Shown: positions 61,889-64,000 of the stretch, one piece after another
Layout: each line of letters begins with the position of its first letter
Numbering within the stretch: the stretch's first letter is position 1
Translations under genes and position numbers: made by a program
The notes under the pieces: generated by a model
Told to the model about the DNA's origin: nothing
The model's input: only the letters and a program-made list of their open reading frames with translations
Databases searched by the model: none
Assembly: GCA_002269645.1 (NCBI GenBank)
Contig: NIVC01002955.1
Coordinates: forward strand, 1-64,000
Source of the DNA: Macrostomum lignano
Taxonomy: Eukaryota
Direction: 5' to 3'
Length of the DNA: 64,000 nucleotides

Positions 61889-63904
61889 CTGTTTATTGGG
61901 AATTAATAAATGAATGAAATTATATCATTTCGTGCTCAGTTTTCATTTAGTGTTTAATTCAAGACGAATTGGAATGAAAATATTGCTTTAGTTTTTAATA
62001 CAGTTTTAAATATCAATATTAGCAAGAGTCAAATAAAAAAAGATAAAAAATAATAGCCAAACTGTATTTTCCATATATGCACATGGATATAGGGAACCTG
62101 AAACAAATGTTCAACCTTATTAAAATATAGAATTAACCTTACCCTTTTATTTAAATAAATAAAAATCAAATCAATAAAAACTATAAAAGCAATGATTTCA
62201 ATATAGCATGGGATCATTAGGATCCTTAGGATCATTAGGATCCTAATGATCATTGGGATCATTAGCAAACAGAAGTTTAAAAGTATTTTACTAAGCTTAA
62301 AACTTTTTAACAGCCCTTTATTTTAATGCTAAAATAACAATATAAACATATCAATCTTGAAAGCTTTATATAGGAAATGATAACTACAAGTAGCTATAGT
62401 TTATCTTTTTAGAAAAGAAAAACACGGAGCTAATAAGCTCACTAATGAGACTTTAAACATGTCATTTTTAACAGAAACTATATGTATAGCATTTGGCAAT
62501 TTGCTTGTCTTTAATGCTTCAGTCAAGTCATTCTATCTGATATATATTTTTCTTTACAAAAAGCCTAAATATAATTCACATAATGGCCTGATTTTTCCTT
62601 GATTTAAATATCTCCATTTGGCATATTTAAAATGATAGGGCATAACTAAAGATGCGCACATTAAATTCAAATTGGTGCTGAATGGTATGGCATAATTCTA
62701 ATTTATCATTTAATAAGGCCTTATTTACTAATCGACTTTGAATTGGCTTCATTTAAACTTCAAATAGGCTTTATTAATAATAACAATTGATATTTAGTCA
62801 GCTCTATGATTGTGTTTCTTGTCAAATGTTTTTCAACATAAAGAAACAACAAGTTCATTACATATTTACCTTTTTCTGAATCACTAAGTGGCAGTAGATT
62901 AAATTCATCTGATTCCATCATTCATAAATTATTTAATACCACCTCTCCTAAGTAAAAAGTCTTTAAAAATTAAAAAATAGCTGTATATTAACTCTATCTA
63001 TTTTTAAAATCTACCTAAAAACCATACTTTGAGACAATGATAGGCGGGTCGTGTCTATTACAGTTCTATTTGCTTAATTACAAAAAAGAGTAGCTAATTA
63101 AATAAAATTCATGTATATTACACGGCTCACTCGAAAACTGCTCACAGATCAGATTGCCGAGTCACTAATTCTTAAATTTAGGTAGGATTAGGTCTAATCT
63201 ATGAATACCGAAAGCTTGAAATAAAATTATGATTAAGAACTAAGTCAACGTAACCTCAGCTGCTTTTTCTAAGAAAAAAGGATTTTGGGATTTTTTAAAT
63301 ATAATTTTCGCGCTGAAAACTCGTCATAAAACCCGGAATACAATTCTCAGGCTGGCCACAAAGTATGCTATTACATGTAGTTTGGAATCGGTCAATTTTG
63401 GTATTTTGGTCAGTTTCATATCATAATATCAGTGGTAGAAAACAATATTTTTTCTAAAAACCGTGTCTTTTGATCTACAAACTAACAACACCCCATCTAG
63501 AATTGTAATCATATGTGCTATACACATATAGACTGCCGCCTCACCCCTTTTTGATCTTTATATAGCTACCTCTCATTCATTATTTCATTCTTTTTGTACT
63601 TAGTAGTTAAATACACCTCATGTACACCGGTTAGATAATATATATGCATTTAAATGTACATGCCATCTTTAGGGACCAATGTTGCATGTTGCTACGATGC
63701 CACATTTCTATGTAACTTTTACGTAGTAACGGTATAACTTCTACTGATCCCAATATATTTTTGAAAGACTGTGCTGCGAGGGTTGGGGAAGCGTGTTGAC
63801 CAATTTCAAGATACAATTTGTAGCGGTCAGCAGCGCGGCTCCGAAAAAATGCAACATATATAAAACAGCATATTATTTTAATTCTACATGTATCTTATTT
63901 TAAG

Positions 63905-64000
63905 AACTCCGACGATGAAAATGCCACAGCAACAAACGATACAAGTGAGCACGAACTCAGGCGCTGCAGAAATGCTATGGAAATTTTGGGATTGATTGAC
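63905..64000 (+). CDS. Possible exon start running off the window (weak myosin-motor-like resemblance)
   Basis: tcttattttaag acceptor, then NSDDENATATNDTSEHELRRCRNAMEILGLID; too short to assign. Confidence 0.3.

Overview
Repeat-rich eukaryotic (invertebrate animal) genomic DNA with AT-rich introns and GC-rich exons and retroelements. Its style recalls Macrostomum-type flatworm assemblies, which is inference only. No prokaryotic features or CRISPR arrays were found. Host genes: (1) a GVIN1/VLIG-type very large GTPase exon carrying two 1-nt frameshifts and running off the left edge; (2) a small single-pass membrane protein; (3) a GOLIM4-like type II Golgi protein whose two coding exons (39247-39412 and 13082-13752, minus strand) are separated by a 25.5-kb intron full of nested transposons; (4) a six-exon secreted Cys-rich protein with an F-type-lectin-like fold; (5) the last exon of an ACK/TNK2-like gene; (6) two exons of an unidentified gene. 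The large intron holds an 11.65-kb Ty3/Gypsy element inserted into an older solo LTR of its own family. That element has ~1-kb structured LTRs, a -1 frameshift site and an intact non-env accessory ORF, and it carries a P-element deletion derivative. The same intron also contains a 4.7-kb Mag-type Gypsy, hAT and MULE remnants, and a Crypton-like tyrosine recombinase fragment. About a dozen unrelated minisatellite arrays fill other introns. Highlights: the accessory ORF together with covarying LTR hairpins, strongly asymmetric CpG decay between the two LTRs, and a minimal Penelope-type hammerhead ribozyme. All alignments and counts were made by eye.
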